Positions 30,329 through 39,205 of a DNA stretch of 64,000 bases are shown here, piece after piece. The translations under genes and the position numbers were made by a program. Within the stretch, counting starts at the first letter, position 1, and each line of letters opens with the position of its first letter. Under the pieces are notes generated by a model that was given only the letters and a program-made list of their open reading frames with translations, ran no database searches and was not told the DNA's origin. The DNA lies in assembly GCA_965234725.1 (NCBI GenBank), contig CBDDUX010000040.1:5749-69748 (forward strand), in the 5' to 3' direction. This stretch comes from Thermoplasmatota archaeon (GTDB lineage Archaea; Thermoplasmatota; Penumbrarchaeia; Penumbrarchaeales; Penumbrarchaeaceae).

Positions 30329-31509
30329 CAAAGATCATGGACCAGGATATATCGAATCTGACCAGCCACTCACTTGATCTTATCGATGGTCTTCTCAACG
30401 ATCTGAAAGTGAGTGAGGTCCCCGCCTTTGCATCCCATGAGCAGGACCTGGAATTACTCAGAGACGAGGTAAAGAGGATCTCCGGGAAGAAGAACATCAT
30501 TATCCTTGGTCACGGCGGATCTATCACCACCTTCAAGGGGATCCTTGGATCACTCGGGCGGTTCTACAAGGGAGATCGGGAGTTCTTCATCATCGATACT
30601 TTGGACCCGACTCATATTTCTTACGTTAAGAGCAGGACCTCCCCGGAAGACTCCCATGTGATCGCCATTTCGAAATCAGGGAATACAATGACGGTCTTAG
30701 AGCTCCTCTCTGTTTTCCAGACTTATCCAACAACAGCTGTAACTGAACCTGGATACGGTGCATTGAGGAAGATATCCAAAACAAGGGATTGGACAGTGAT
30801 CGATGTACCCAAAGAGATCGGGGGCAGGTTTTCGGGAGGTACAGCTTCTGCCCTTCTTCCTGCAATGGTCCTTGGTATCAAAGTGGAAGATTTCATTGAA
30901 GGAATGAAAGAAGCTTACAGGTCCGCCAGGGAGGATGATGAGATGGTCAATCTCAGCGGTGCCTTTTACCTTGTAGAAAGGGTGGGAAAGAGGATGATCT
31001 TCCTCCCGGTCTATTCCAAGGGATATTCAGCCTTCAACGATCTTGTGACACAGCTCTTCCATGAGACCCTATCGAAATCAAGGAAGGGAATGACGATCCT
31101 ATGTTTCGAAGGACCGGAATGCCAGCATCACACGAACCAGAGGGTCCTTGATGGACCGGAGGACATTGCCACCCTTTTCATTCTTGTTGATGGGGATGGA
31201 GGAGAAGAGATATCATGGCCCGACATTTCTGTGGAGTTCAAAGGGATACCTCTGAACGAGTTGGGTGGATATGATCTCAAGAAGGCCATGTTATCTGAGG
31301 CTAAGGGAGTGATGGGTTCCATGGATGAACTTGGAGCTCCATACGGGTCGATCACATTCAAGGATGAATCCGAGAGATCAATTGGTTTCTATGTCGGAAT
31401 GATGCATTACCTCGCGTATTATTTCGCACTTTTAAGGAAAGTGAACCCATTCGACCAGCCAGCCGTTGAGAAAGCGAAGGAGATCGCCTTGGAAATGAGA
31501 ACGAAATAG
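30325..31509 (+). CDS. pgi: Glucose-6-phosphate isomerase-like SIS-domain protein
   Basis: LGHGGS, ISKSGNT, IGGRFS, QLFHETLSK, QHH, VNPFDQPAVEKAK. Confidence 0.8.
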   Translation: MTKIMDQDISNLTSHSLDLIDGLLNDLKVSEVPAFASHEQDLELLRDEVKRISGKKNIIILGHGGSITTFKGILGSLGRFYKGDREFFIIDTLDPTHISYVKSRTSPEDSHVIAISKSGNTMTVLELLSVFQTYPTTAVTEPGYGALRKISKTRDWTVIDVPKEIGGRFSGGTASALLPAMVLGIKVEDFIEGMKEAYRSAREDDEMVNLSGAFYLVERVGKRMIFLPVYSKGYSAFNDLVTQLFHETLSKSRKGMTILCFEGPECQHHTNQRVLDGPEDIATLFILVDGDGGEEISWPDISVEFKGIPLNELGGYDLKKAMLSEAKGVMGSMDELGAPYGSITFKDESERSIGFYVGMMHYLAYYFALLRKVNPFDQPAVEKAKEIALEMRTK

Positions 31510-31613
31510 ATTGTGTTTTCTTTCATTCGATTTTCTGTTTCGGTCCTCTCCCCCCACCTTCCCTTTTTTTACCCGCATTCATCTGTAATCTTCCCTTGAG
31601 AGGGGTTTACTGC

Positions 31614-31730
31614 ATGTTCGACAACCACTTTTCCCAGTGCCCGATCTGTGGGCAGACAACCCTGGCCAGGCAGGGTAGATGCGACTTCTGTTTCAACCCT
31701 GAATGCGATAACAAAGGATGTGCTTTCTGA
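31614..31730 (+). CDS. 38-aa Cys-rich zinc-ribbon microprotein (NrdJ C-terminal tail-like)
   Basis: Below the track cutoff. Hand translation MFDNHFSQCPICGQTTLARQGRCDFCFNPECDNKGCAF*; GAGAGGGG RBS 8 nt upstream. Confidence 0.7.
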   Translation: MFDNHFSQCPICGQTTLARQGRCDFCFNPECDNKGCAF

Positions 31731-31917
31731 TATCGGTCCAGGTATCCGGTTTTGGAATGAACGGCTCGAACTTGTTGTCGAAGCGTCCCGTTTTACATGT
31801 GTCATCTTCTCGTGGTGTAACAATACATTTGCATAATCATGAGATCTATAAGGAAACCTTTAATAAGACCTCCCAATTTCAAGCCCGTCCAAGCCAATAC
31901 ATGGACGGTGGAATCTC

Positions 31918-33735
31918 ATGGGAAAGATCGGATTAACTGAACTTATTTTAAGAGATGCGCATCAATCGATCCTTGCTACAAGGATGAGGACCGAGGATAT
32001 GGAACCGATACTGTCCAAAATGGACAAGGTCGGATACTGGGCAGTAGAGATGTGGGGGGGGGCAACCTTCGACGTACCTCTCAGGTACCTGAACCAGAAT
32101 CCCTGGGACAGGCTGAGGCTCATCAGGAAGATGATGCCCAACACGAAACTAATGATGCTTCTCAGGGCTCAGAATATAGTGGCTTACAGGAACTTCCCGG
32201 ACGATATCGTAAGGAAGTTCGTTCACTACGCAAACAAGAACGGGATAGATGTCTTCAGGGTCTTCGATGCCCTGAACGACCTTAGGAACATGGAAGTTCC
32301 GATGAAAGCGGTGAAGGCCGAGGGTGCTCATCTCCAGGCCTGCGTCTCTTATACGATCTCTCCTGTTCACACTACCGAATATTACATAAAATTCATGCAG
32401 GACCTTGAGAAGATGGGAGCGGATTCCGTCTGTATCAAGGATATGGCAGGTATGATCTCACCCAAGAGGGCATATGACATCATTAAGGGATACAAGGACC
32501 AGGGAGGAAAATGCCCCGTGGACCTGCATTCCCATTCCACATCCGGAATGACCGGGCTTGCATATCAGAGGGCCGCTGAAGCCGGCGTTGATGTGATGGA
32601 TACCGATATGTCACCAGTTGCCGAGGGAACCGGTCATCCTGCAACAGAATCCATTGTCTATGCTTTCAAGGGGACAGAATGGGATACCGAACTTGATATG
32701 GACCTTCTCATGGAGATCAGGGATTATTTCAGAACGATCGCAAAGAAGTACAGACATCTTCTGAGGCTCGAAGCTCTCAGGCCTGACCCGTCGATAGTGG
32801 TCCACCAGATCCCCGGTGGAATGATCTCGAACCTGGTCTCCCAGCTGGAGATGCAGGGGGCCGTGAACAGGCTCGATGAGGTGTTGAAGGAGATACCCAA
32901 GGTCAGGGAAGAACTGGGTTATCCACCCCTGGTGACCCCGACATCACAGGTTGTTGGAGTCCAGGCTGTCATGAACGTTCTTTTCGGAAGGTACAAGAAC
33001 CTTCCCAAGGAAACAATAGACTATGTCAAGGGAATGTATGGCAAATCACCGGCCCCTATCTCGGATGATATAAAGGCCCTCATCCTCGGCCCCAACTGGA
33101 AGGATGAGATCATCACCTGCAGGCCCGCGGACCTCCTTGAACCGGAATGGGACAAGAGGAAGAAAGAGCTTCAGGACATGGGAGTTTACAAGGAAGATGA
33201 GGATGTCCTGATCTATGCGATATATCCTCAGATCGGGCTGAAGTATCTCAAAGGCGAGGCTAAGGCCGAGTTCACATCAGATGAGCTCCCCCTCCCCCTG
33301 GACCATCCTGCAACAAGAGCAATGGTCAAGTCGTTCTTCCCGGAATTGAAGGAGATCTATCTCTACGATAAGGAGTGCAAAGGTGGAGGAGGCCCGGCTA
33401 CGATACCCACCGAGTTCGATGTCGAGGTCGACGGTGAGATGTTCGAGGTCAAGGTCAACCCCAAGGGTGGATTCATTGTAGCCGGAGAAGGCGGCGGAGC
33501 AGAAGCACCTCCAACCGATGTTGAAGGCGGTTTCAAGAGCCCGATGCAGGGGACGGTCCTTTCCGTCAAGGTTGCGGAAGGTGACAAGGTAGAGGAAGGA
33601 CAGGTTATAGCCACTGTTGAGGCCATGAAGATGGAGACCGAGGTCAAGACCGACCACGCGGGTGAGATCAAGAAGATCTATGTTGGAGAGGGAGACGCAG
33701 TTGAGACCGGCACCTTGATGATGCAGATCCTCTGA
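31918..33735 (+). CDS. pycB: Pyruvate carboxylase subunit B (carboxyltransferase plus biotin carrier; OadA-like)
   Basis: LRDAHQS, WGGATFD, IKDMAG, HSHSTSG, HQIPGGM, PLVTPTSQ, EAMKME biotinylation motif. Confidence 0.92.
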   Translation: MGKIGLTELILRDAHQSILATRMRTEDMEPILSKMDKVGYWAVEMWGGATFDVPLRYLNQNPWDRLRLIRKMMPNTKLMMLLRAQNIVAYRNFPDDIVRKFVHYANKNGIDVFRVFDALNDLRNMEVPMKAVKAEGAHLQACVSYTISPVHTTEYYIKFMQDLEKMGADSVCIKDMAGMISPKRAYDIIKGYKDQGGKCPVDLHSHSTSGMTGLAYQRAAEAGVDVMDTDMSPVAEGTGHPATESIVYAFKGTEWDTELDMDLLMEIRDYFRTIAKKYRHLLRLEALRPDPSIVVHQIPGGMISNLVSQLEMQGAVNRLDEVLKEIPKVREELGYPPLVTPTSQVVGVQAVMNVLFGRYKNLPKETIDYVKGMYGKSPAPISDDIKALILGPNWKDEIITCRPADLLEPEWDKRKKELQDMGVYKEDEDVLIYAIYPQIGLKYLKGEAKAEFTSDELPLPLDHPATRAMVKSFFPELKEIYLYDKECKGGGGPATIPTEFDVEVDGEMFEVKVNPKGGFIVAGEGGGAEAPPTDVEGGFKSPMQGTVLSVKVAEGDKVEEGQVIATVEAMKMETEVKTDHAGEIKKIYVGEGDAVETGTLMMQIL

Positions 33736-33745
33736 GGTGATCTCG

Positions 33746-35221
33746 ATGACCAAAGAAGGATTGATCAACAAGGTAATGATCGCGAACAGGGGCGAGATCG
33801 CAATAAGGATCATGAGGGCCTGCAAGGAGCTGGACATAGCAACTGTAGCAGTTTACTCCGATGCAGACAAGAATTCACTGTTCGTAAGATATGCAGATGA
33901 AGCTTACAACATCGGCAAGGGTCCTGCAAAGATGAGCTATCTGGTCCAGGACAAGTTGATAGATGTCGCTCTTGCAGCAGATGTTGAAGGCATACACCCG
34001 GGATATGGGTTCCTTGCCGAGAATTCGGACTTCTGCCAGCTTTGCCACAAGAACGGTATAGAGTTCATTGGACCTCCGGAATCCGCCATGAGGCTCATGG
34101 GGTCCAAGATAGATGCGAAGAAGTCCATGATCGAAGCCGGAGTTAGTGTTGTTCCAGGTGTTGTCGAAGCCATAACCGATCATGAAAAGGCCAAGGACAT
34201 CGCACATGATATCGGCTATCCTGTGATGCTGAAAGCGTCCGCAGGAGGCGGTGGTATCGGAATTCAGCTCGTCCAGAACGAGGAGGAGATGGATAAGGCC
34301 CTTGATTCAGTGAGGGTCCTTGCAAAGAACTCCTTCGGTGACGATGCCGTGTTCATAGAGAAATACATCCATGACCCCAGGCACGTGGAGTTCCAGGTGC
34401 TGGGGGATAAGAACGGTCACACCATACATCTCTACGAGAGGGAATGTTCTGTCCAGAGAAGGAACCAGAAGCTGATAGAGGAGACCCCCTCTTGCGCTCT
34501 CACTCCTGAGATCAGGGAGGAGATGGGAAGACAGGCTGTCCTTGCAGCAACAACTGCCGGATACTGGAATGCCGGGACCTGTGAGTTCATGTTCAAGGAC
34601 GGAAAATATTACTTCCTTGAGATGAACACCAGGCTTCAGGTCGAGCATCCCATCACCGAAGAGGTGACAAGGACCGACCTTGCAAGGGAGATGCTCTATG
34701 TGGCATCCGGACTCGATATCTCATACGCTCAGGAAGAGATCACACAGACAGGTCATGCGATCGAGTTCAGGCTGAATGCAGAGGATCCTCTGAACCAGTT
34801 TGCGCCTGCTCCCGGGAAGATAGTGAAATATGCGGAAGCATCCGGCCCGGGGATAAGGATCGATTCAGGAGTGTACCCGGGATATACGATCCCACCATAC
34901 TACGATTCAATGATCGCAAAACTGATCGTATGGGGTGAGGACAGGAACTACTGCATCCAGAGGTCGAAAAGGGCCCTCTGGGAAATGCAGATCGGTGGAG
35001 TGAAGACCAACATTCCGTTCCATGAAGTGGTCCTGGACCATCCCAAGTTCGTAGAGGGAGATTACACGACCTCCTTCATACCAAGGTACAACATCATGGA
35101 GGCCGTGGTGGAGTACTACAAAGCCAAGAAAGCAGAGCAGGGTGGAGCCAAGAGAGCTGCCGCAATGGCTGCCGTCGAAGCTGTCATCGCTGGTGTTGCG
35201 CAGTCCCGAAAGACAGAATAA
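33746..35221 (+). CDS. pycA: Pyruvate carboxylase subunit A (biotin carboxylase)
   Basis: IANRGEIA, HPGYGFLAEN, KASAGGGG, ERECSVQRRNQKL, EMNTRLQVEH, YYDSMIAKL; GAGGTGA RBS before ATG 33746. Confidence 0.92.
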   Translation: MTKEGLINKVMIANRGEIAIRIMRACKELDIATVAVYSDADKNSLFVRYADEAYNIGKGPAKMSYLVQDKLIDVALAADVEGIHPGYGFLAENSDFCQLCHKNGIEFIGPPESAMRLMGSKIDAKKSMIEAGVSVVPGVVEAITDHEKAKDIAHDIGYPVMLKASAGGGGIGIQLVQNEEEMDKALDSVRVLAKNSFGDDAVFIEKYIHDPRHVEFQVLGDKNGHTIHLYERECSVQRRNQKLIEETPSCALTPEIREEMGRQAVLAATTAGYWNAGTCEFMFKDGKYYFLEMNTRLQVEHPITEEVTRTDLAREMLYVASGLDISYAQEEITQTGHAIEFRLNAEDPLNQFAPAPGKIVKYAEASGPGIRIDSGVYPGYTIPPYYDSMIAKLIVWGEDRNYCIQRSKRALWEMQIGGVKTNIPFHEVVLDHPKFVEGDYTTSFIPRYNIMEAVVEYYKAKKAEQGGAKRAAAMAAVEAVIAGVAQSRKTE

Positions 35222-35232
35222 ACGGATCCATT

Positions 35233-35260
35233 AAAAGCCCCCATTTAGGGGGCTTTTTCT
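35233..35260 (+). terminator. Hairpin/U-tract terminator after pycA
   Basis: AAAAGCCCCC-attta-GGGGGCTTTTT, 11 nt after the stop codon. Confidence 0.75.
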
Positions 35261-35297
35261 TGGAATATTTTTAATATTTGCATTATATTTCCAGATC

Positions 35298-35648
35298 ATG
35301 GAAGAGTCTGGCGGGTACGATTTCAATACCATGTCCGAAGAAAAAGAGCAGGACGCAGTTCCTTTAGAAGAGAAGAAGGGTCTTGAGATCAAACTGATAC
35401 TAATGATCATTTTCGGGATCGTCTCTCTTTTCACTTCTCCTGTATTTGTGGTGTTCCTTGGTATCCTGTCCGGGCGAGTTTATTTCATCATGATATTCGT
35501 CTCCCTGGGTTTTGCAGGAGCTTCCGGTTATCTTGGAGAACGTTTGATCAAGAAAAGCAACAAACTTGGATGGATCGGGATCGGTTTCATGGCATTTGCC
35601 ATCCTTCTTGTCCTGGGTCCTATCATCCTTGCTTTCATCTTCATCTGA
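35298..35648 (+). CDS. Small membrane protein (about 3 TM)
   Basis: Three hydrophobic segments; alternative start ATG 35331. Confidence 0.7.
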   Translation: MEESGGYDFNTMSEEKEQDAVPLEEKKGLEIKLILMIIFGIVSLFTSPVFVVFLGILSGRVYFIMIFVSLGFAGASGYLGERLIKKSNKLGWIGIGFMAFAILLVLGPIILAFIFI

Positions 35649-35724
35649 TATTCCCTCCACTTGAGACTGGGATCCTCTTTCTAAAAACTATTTCTACCGG
35701 AGGTCCATATCCCGATCGATATCC

Positions 35725-37329
35725 ATGCGGCCTCCCCTGGAACCAAGAGGAACTCAGGAAGAGATGATGAAGGACCCCAAATGGAACGGGGTTCCACCTA
35801 CTGGAAACAGGGAGATCTTCAACAAGTACCGATTCCTTGGCCTCCTTCTACTTGTTTTCGCGGTTAAGATCGTCATTTGGGGATTCTACCGTTTCATCAC
35901 AGGGAATGTCTATCCCTTCACCATTCCAGAGCTGAACTTCGCCATGGGAACATTCATGAAACCCATCCTTCAGCTTGGTCCTCTTCTCATCCTCTGGTGG
36001 TATGTGTTCAAAGAAAGGGGAAGCCCTTTCAGATTTACACGCAAGAACCTAGCTTCTTCACTCTTCTTCGGATTCCTCATGGCACTTGTCTTCTTCTTCG
36101 TGGCCACAGGTGTATATGTGGTCCACAATCTGATCATGGGATACGGGACGAATTTCCATTTCGTTGCAGGATGGGACGAAGTCGGTTGGGGCCTGATAAT
36201 CGCCATGATGTTCTCGTTCATGATCGGGACAGGACCTGCAGAGGAGCTCTTTTCCCGAGGATTCCTACAGGACCAGGCTGCCAGGGTATTCCCTCTGTGG
36301 CAGGCAATGACCTTTTCGGCAATTCTTTTTGCAATTGGTCATCTTCCGATCTCCATCCTGATGCACAAGATGCCATTTGACGAGATCATGTGGTACATGG
36401 CGGTCCTTGTGGTCATGGGATTCTTCTTCTCCATCATCTACCAGTGGTCCCGCAATATTATATTCCCCATACTCATCCATGGACTCTGGGACTGGTACCT
36501 TTCACTTTTTGCAATTAAGGGAGAGTTCACTTATGAATTTGCCCAGAATCCCGGGGCCTACTTCGGAATGGTGGATTTCATCAATACGGTGATCACCCTT
36601 GTCATACTCCTCCCTGTCTTCTACATGATATACCGCAAGTTCTGGAGGCGGGATATCATCTCAACAGGATCTCCTGATGACACACCCAGGGAAAAGATCC
36701 GCCTTTTCCGCTGGTTAAAGGATCGGGATCATGGAGATTGGCCCTCAAGACCGGTCGTATTTACCGTCGCTATTACCGGAATATTCTGTTTGCTTATGAT
36801 CCCATTCGCTGGTGTGATAGGTACCGATGATCCGAACCTCCAAATAGATAGATATGAGGAGGGTGCCGGGGAGATGGTCCTGAAGGTGGAGCAATACAGG
36901 GTATTGGTAGGGGCTGAACTAAGCGACCATGAGATGAATACCACCTACCTCGGCTCCTCGAACTCCACGATAAACTGGGTCAATCTGACATTGACATGGG
37001 AGGACGAACCCGCAGCCGGACCAAGATATGTCAACAGACCTGACAGCTTCAAAATGACGCTAAGGGACGGTGACGGAAAGGAGCTCGATACCGTTCAGGG
37101 AAGTACAGGTGATCTGGACCTGATCTGGGTCGCAACCCTGGGAGAGGTTCCCCTTTCATTTGTGGAGATAGAGGTAGAGCTTCTTTCGACAGGTGACCAG
37201 GAACCGATCATCAATCCTCTGGGACTTCGTGAGGTCCAGGACACCCAGAACACATTCGGACTTGACATCAAGTACGAGCTTCAGTTCAAGGAGAAGGGAG
37301 ATCCGGAGGAATTGAACGTCAGATGGTGA
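35725..37329 (+). CDS. CPBP (Abi/CAAX type II) intramembrane glutamic endopeptidase with C-terminal soluble domain
   Basis: AEELFSRG, FAIGH and IHGLWD motifs in a polytopic region; beta-rich C-terminal extension. Confidence 0.88.
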   Translation: MRPPLEPRGTQEEMMKDPKWNGVPPTGNREIFNKYRFLGLLLLVFAVKIVIWGFYRFITGNVYPFTIPELNFAMGTFMKPILQLGPLLILWWYVFKERGSPFRFTRKNLASSLFFGFLMALVFFFVATGVYVVHNLIMGYGTNFHFVAGWDEVGWGLIIAMMFSFMIGTGPAEELFSRGFLQDQAARVFPLWQAMTFSAILFAIGHLPISILMHKMPFDEIMWYMAVLVVMGFFFSIIYQWSRNIIFPILIHGLWDWYLSLFAIKGEFTYEFAQNPGAYFGMVDFINTVITLVILLPVFYMIYRKFWRRDIISTGSPDDTPREKIRLFRWLKDRDHGDWPSRPVVFTVAITGIFCLLMIPFAGVIGTDDPNLQIDRYEEGAGEMVLKVEQYRVLVGAELSDHEMNTTYLGSSNSTINWVNLTLTWEDEPAAGPRYVNRPDSFKMTLRDGDGKELDTVQGSTGDLDLIWVATLGEVPLSFVEIEVELLSTGDQEPIINPLGLREVQDTQNTFGLDIKYELQFKEKGDPEELNVRW

Positions 37330-37418
37330 TCCATGTAAGATATTTGGAAATAGATCATTTCACCGATGTTGATCCTGCCATATACTGAGACGAAGTCCTC
37401 GGGGGGGAGGTGTTGATA

Positions 37419-37835
37419 ATGGAAAGAACAAAGGTCCTGTTCCTCTGCACACACAACTCATGCAGGTCCCAGATGGCGGAAGCACTGCTTCGTCACAAGT
37501 ATGGTGATCGATACATCAGTTATAGTGCGGGTATTCAGGCGACCCGGGTAGATACCAATGCTGTCAAGGTCCTGGAAGAACTTGGTATCGACTCCTCCGG
37601 GCTTCGCTCCAAGTTTGTTGACGAATTTATCGACATGGATATGGACTTGGTCGTGACGGTTTGCAATCATGCAAAGGAAGCGTGTCCCTTCTTCCCAGGA
37701 GCAAGGGAATTCATCCATAAAGGTTTCCGGGACCCTCCAGATCTTATCGAACAGGGGATGGAAACTATCTGGGCCTTCAGGATGATAAGGGATGAGATCT
37801 CTGCCTGGTTGGATACCAAGTTCGGGGATCTATGA
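37419..37835 (+). CDS. arsC: Thioredoxin-type arsenate reductase / LMW-PTP family protein
   Basis: FLCTHNSCRSQMAE P-loop, VTVCNHAKEACPFFPG resolving Cys pair, DP motif; GAGGTG RBS. Confidence 0.88.
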   Translation: MERTKVLFLCTHNSCRSQMAEALLRHKYGDRYISYSAGIQATRVDTNAVKVLEELGIDSSGLRSKFVDEFIDMDMDLVVTVCNHAKEACPFFPGAREFIHKGFRDPPDLIEQGMETIWAFRMIRDEISAWLDTKFGDL

Positions 37836-37892
37836 TCCAAGATTATCATTCCGTCAAATGCATCATCGACAATCCAAATTTCATTATCGTTT

Positions 37893-39077
37893 CTACCTGG
37901 TAAGAGCCGTATATACCTCAAGCATTCGATCACCCATGACCTTCATGGTCCACATCTTGGAATACTGGTAGGCTTCTTCAGCTTTCTTCCTGTAAAGATC
38001 TTCATCCGTAAGAAGTGAGATCACTCTTGAGGAGAACTCGTCCACATCCTCATTGACCATGAATCCGCCGTTATCTCCTTTCATCACGTTCCTGGTTCCC
38101 ATCTCTCCTATTGCCACCACAGGGGTTCCGCATATCATTGATTCGACGGTCACAAGACCTTGTGTCTCGGTCTTTGAAGGGAATGTGAATATATCGGCCA
38201 GTGTGAATGCATATTTGATATCCTTCCGATCGATGTAACCCAGGAAGGATATCCTATCGGATATCCCCATCTTCTCGGCCTTTTCCTTCATCTCTTCCTT
38301 CTGAGGTCCGTCCCCTACCATCATGAGATGAGCATCTGGCACCTTTTTCAGGACCTTTTCAAGGACCGGAAGTAAAAATAAAACGTTCTTCTCTCCACCG
38401 ATCCTGCCAACAAAGAGCAATCTCTTCCTGCCTTTGAGTTCGGGGAATGTTTCAAAGAACATTGAATTGTTTTTCTCTTCCTCTTTTGAGGTCCCTGAGA
38501 ACTCCTCTTCCGGGATCCCGGTGGGAATGATGGTGATGTCCTTTTTAATTCCATAGGACCTGAGGACGTCCTTCATCAACTTACTGGGTGTCAGTAATCT
38601 GTCATTCTTGTTGTAGAAGTTGAAGGTGTACCTCTTAGCTATCCACCTCGCATTCCGGTCTGGAAGCCAGGGAGCGTAGTAGTGGATATACTGCTCGAAA
38701 TAGGTATGGCAGGTCATGATCAGTGGTATTTTCTTTTCCAATGCATAGGACCTTACCATCCTTCCCAGATTGAACTCGGTCTGAACATGGATGATATCTG
38801 GTGATATGGACTCCAATCTCTTTCTGACCTCCCTCTTTTCCGATCTGTTCACAAGGCGGTCCTCATCGGAGATAGGGGTCTTGTGGGCTTTGAACCTGTG
38901 GACATTGGTGTTTCCCATCTCCCTATCCTTCTCGTATCCTCCGGGGTATTCGGAAGCGAACACGTGGATAGTATGACCTCTCCTCTCCAGTTCATGCTTG
39001 AAGGAGTCAATTGAAACCGCCATCCCGCTGAACCTTGGCCAGTAGTTGTCAGTTGCATATACTATCTTGAATCCCAC
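37893..39077 (-). CDS. GT4 glycosyltransferase (diacylglycerol glucosyltransferase-like)
   Basis: TDNYWPRFSG, DIIHVQT, CHTYFEQY, FVGRIGGEKN, FPSKTETQGLVTVESM; GTG 39077 preferred over track start 39128. Confidence 0.88.
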   Translation of the reverse strand: MGFKIVYATDNYWPRFSGMAVSIDSFKHELERRGHTIHVFASEYPGGYEKDREMGNTNVHRFKAHKTPISDEDRLVNRSEKREVRKRLESISPDIIHVQTEFNLGRMVRSYALEKKIPLIMTCHTYFEQYIHYYAPWLPDRNARWIAKRYTFNFYNKNDRLLTPSKLMKDVLRSYGIKKDITIIPTGIPEEEFSGTSKEEEKNNSMFFETFPELKGRKRLLFVGRIGGEKNVLFLLPVLEKVLKKVPDAHLMMVGDGPQKEEMKEKAEKMGISDRISFLGYIDRKDIKYAFTLADIFTFPSKTETQGLVTVESMICGTPVVAIGEMGTRNVMKGDNGGFMVNEDVDEFSSRVISLLTDEDLYRKKAEEAYQYSKMWTMKVMGDRMLEVYTALTR

Positions 39078-39205
39078 GATGCATGATGGCAATGAAAATA
39101 TAGATATGTGTCTTGAAGAAGGTTTCATACACCATTCAATAATCTTAAATAATCCACCTGGAATCGATGTTTGATGGGGCTGATCTTTTGAGATATCACT
39201 TTCTG

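Noticed and set aside
31569-31936. Track ORFs 31569-31823 (-), 31648-31836 (+) and 31718-31936 (+)
   Set aside because: No recognisable motifs or RBS; the 31614-31730 frame explains the region better.
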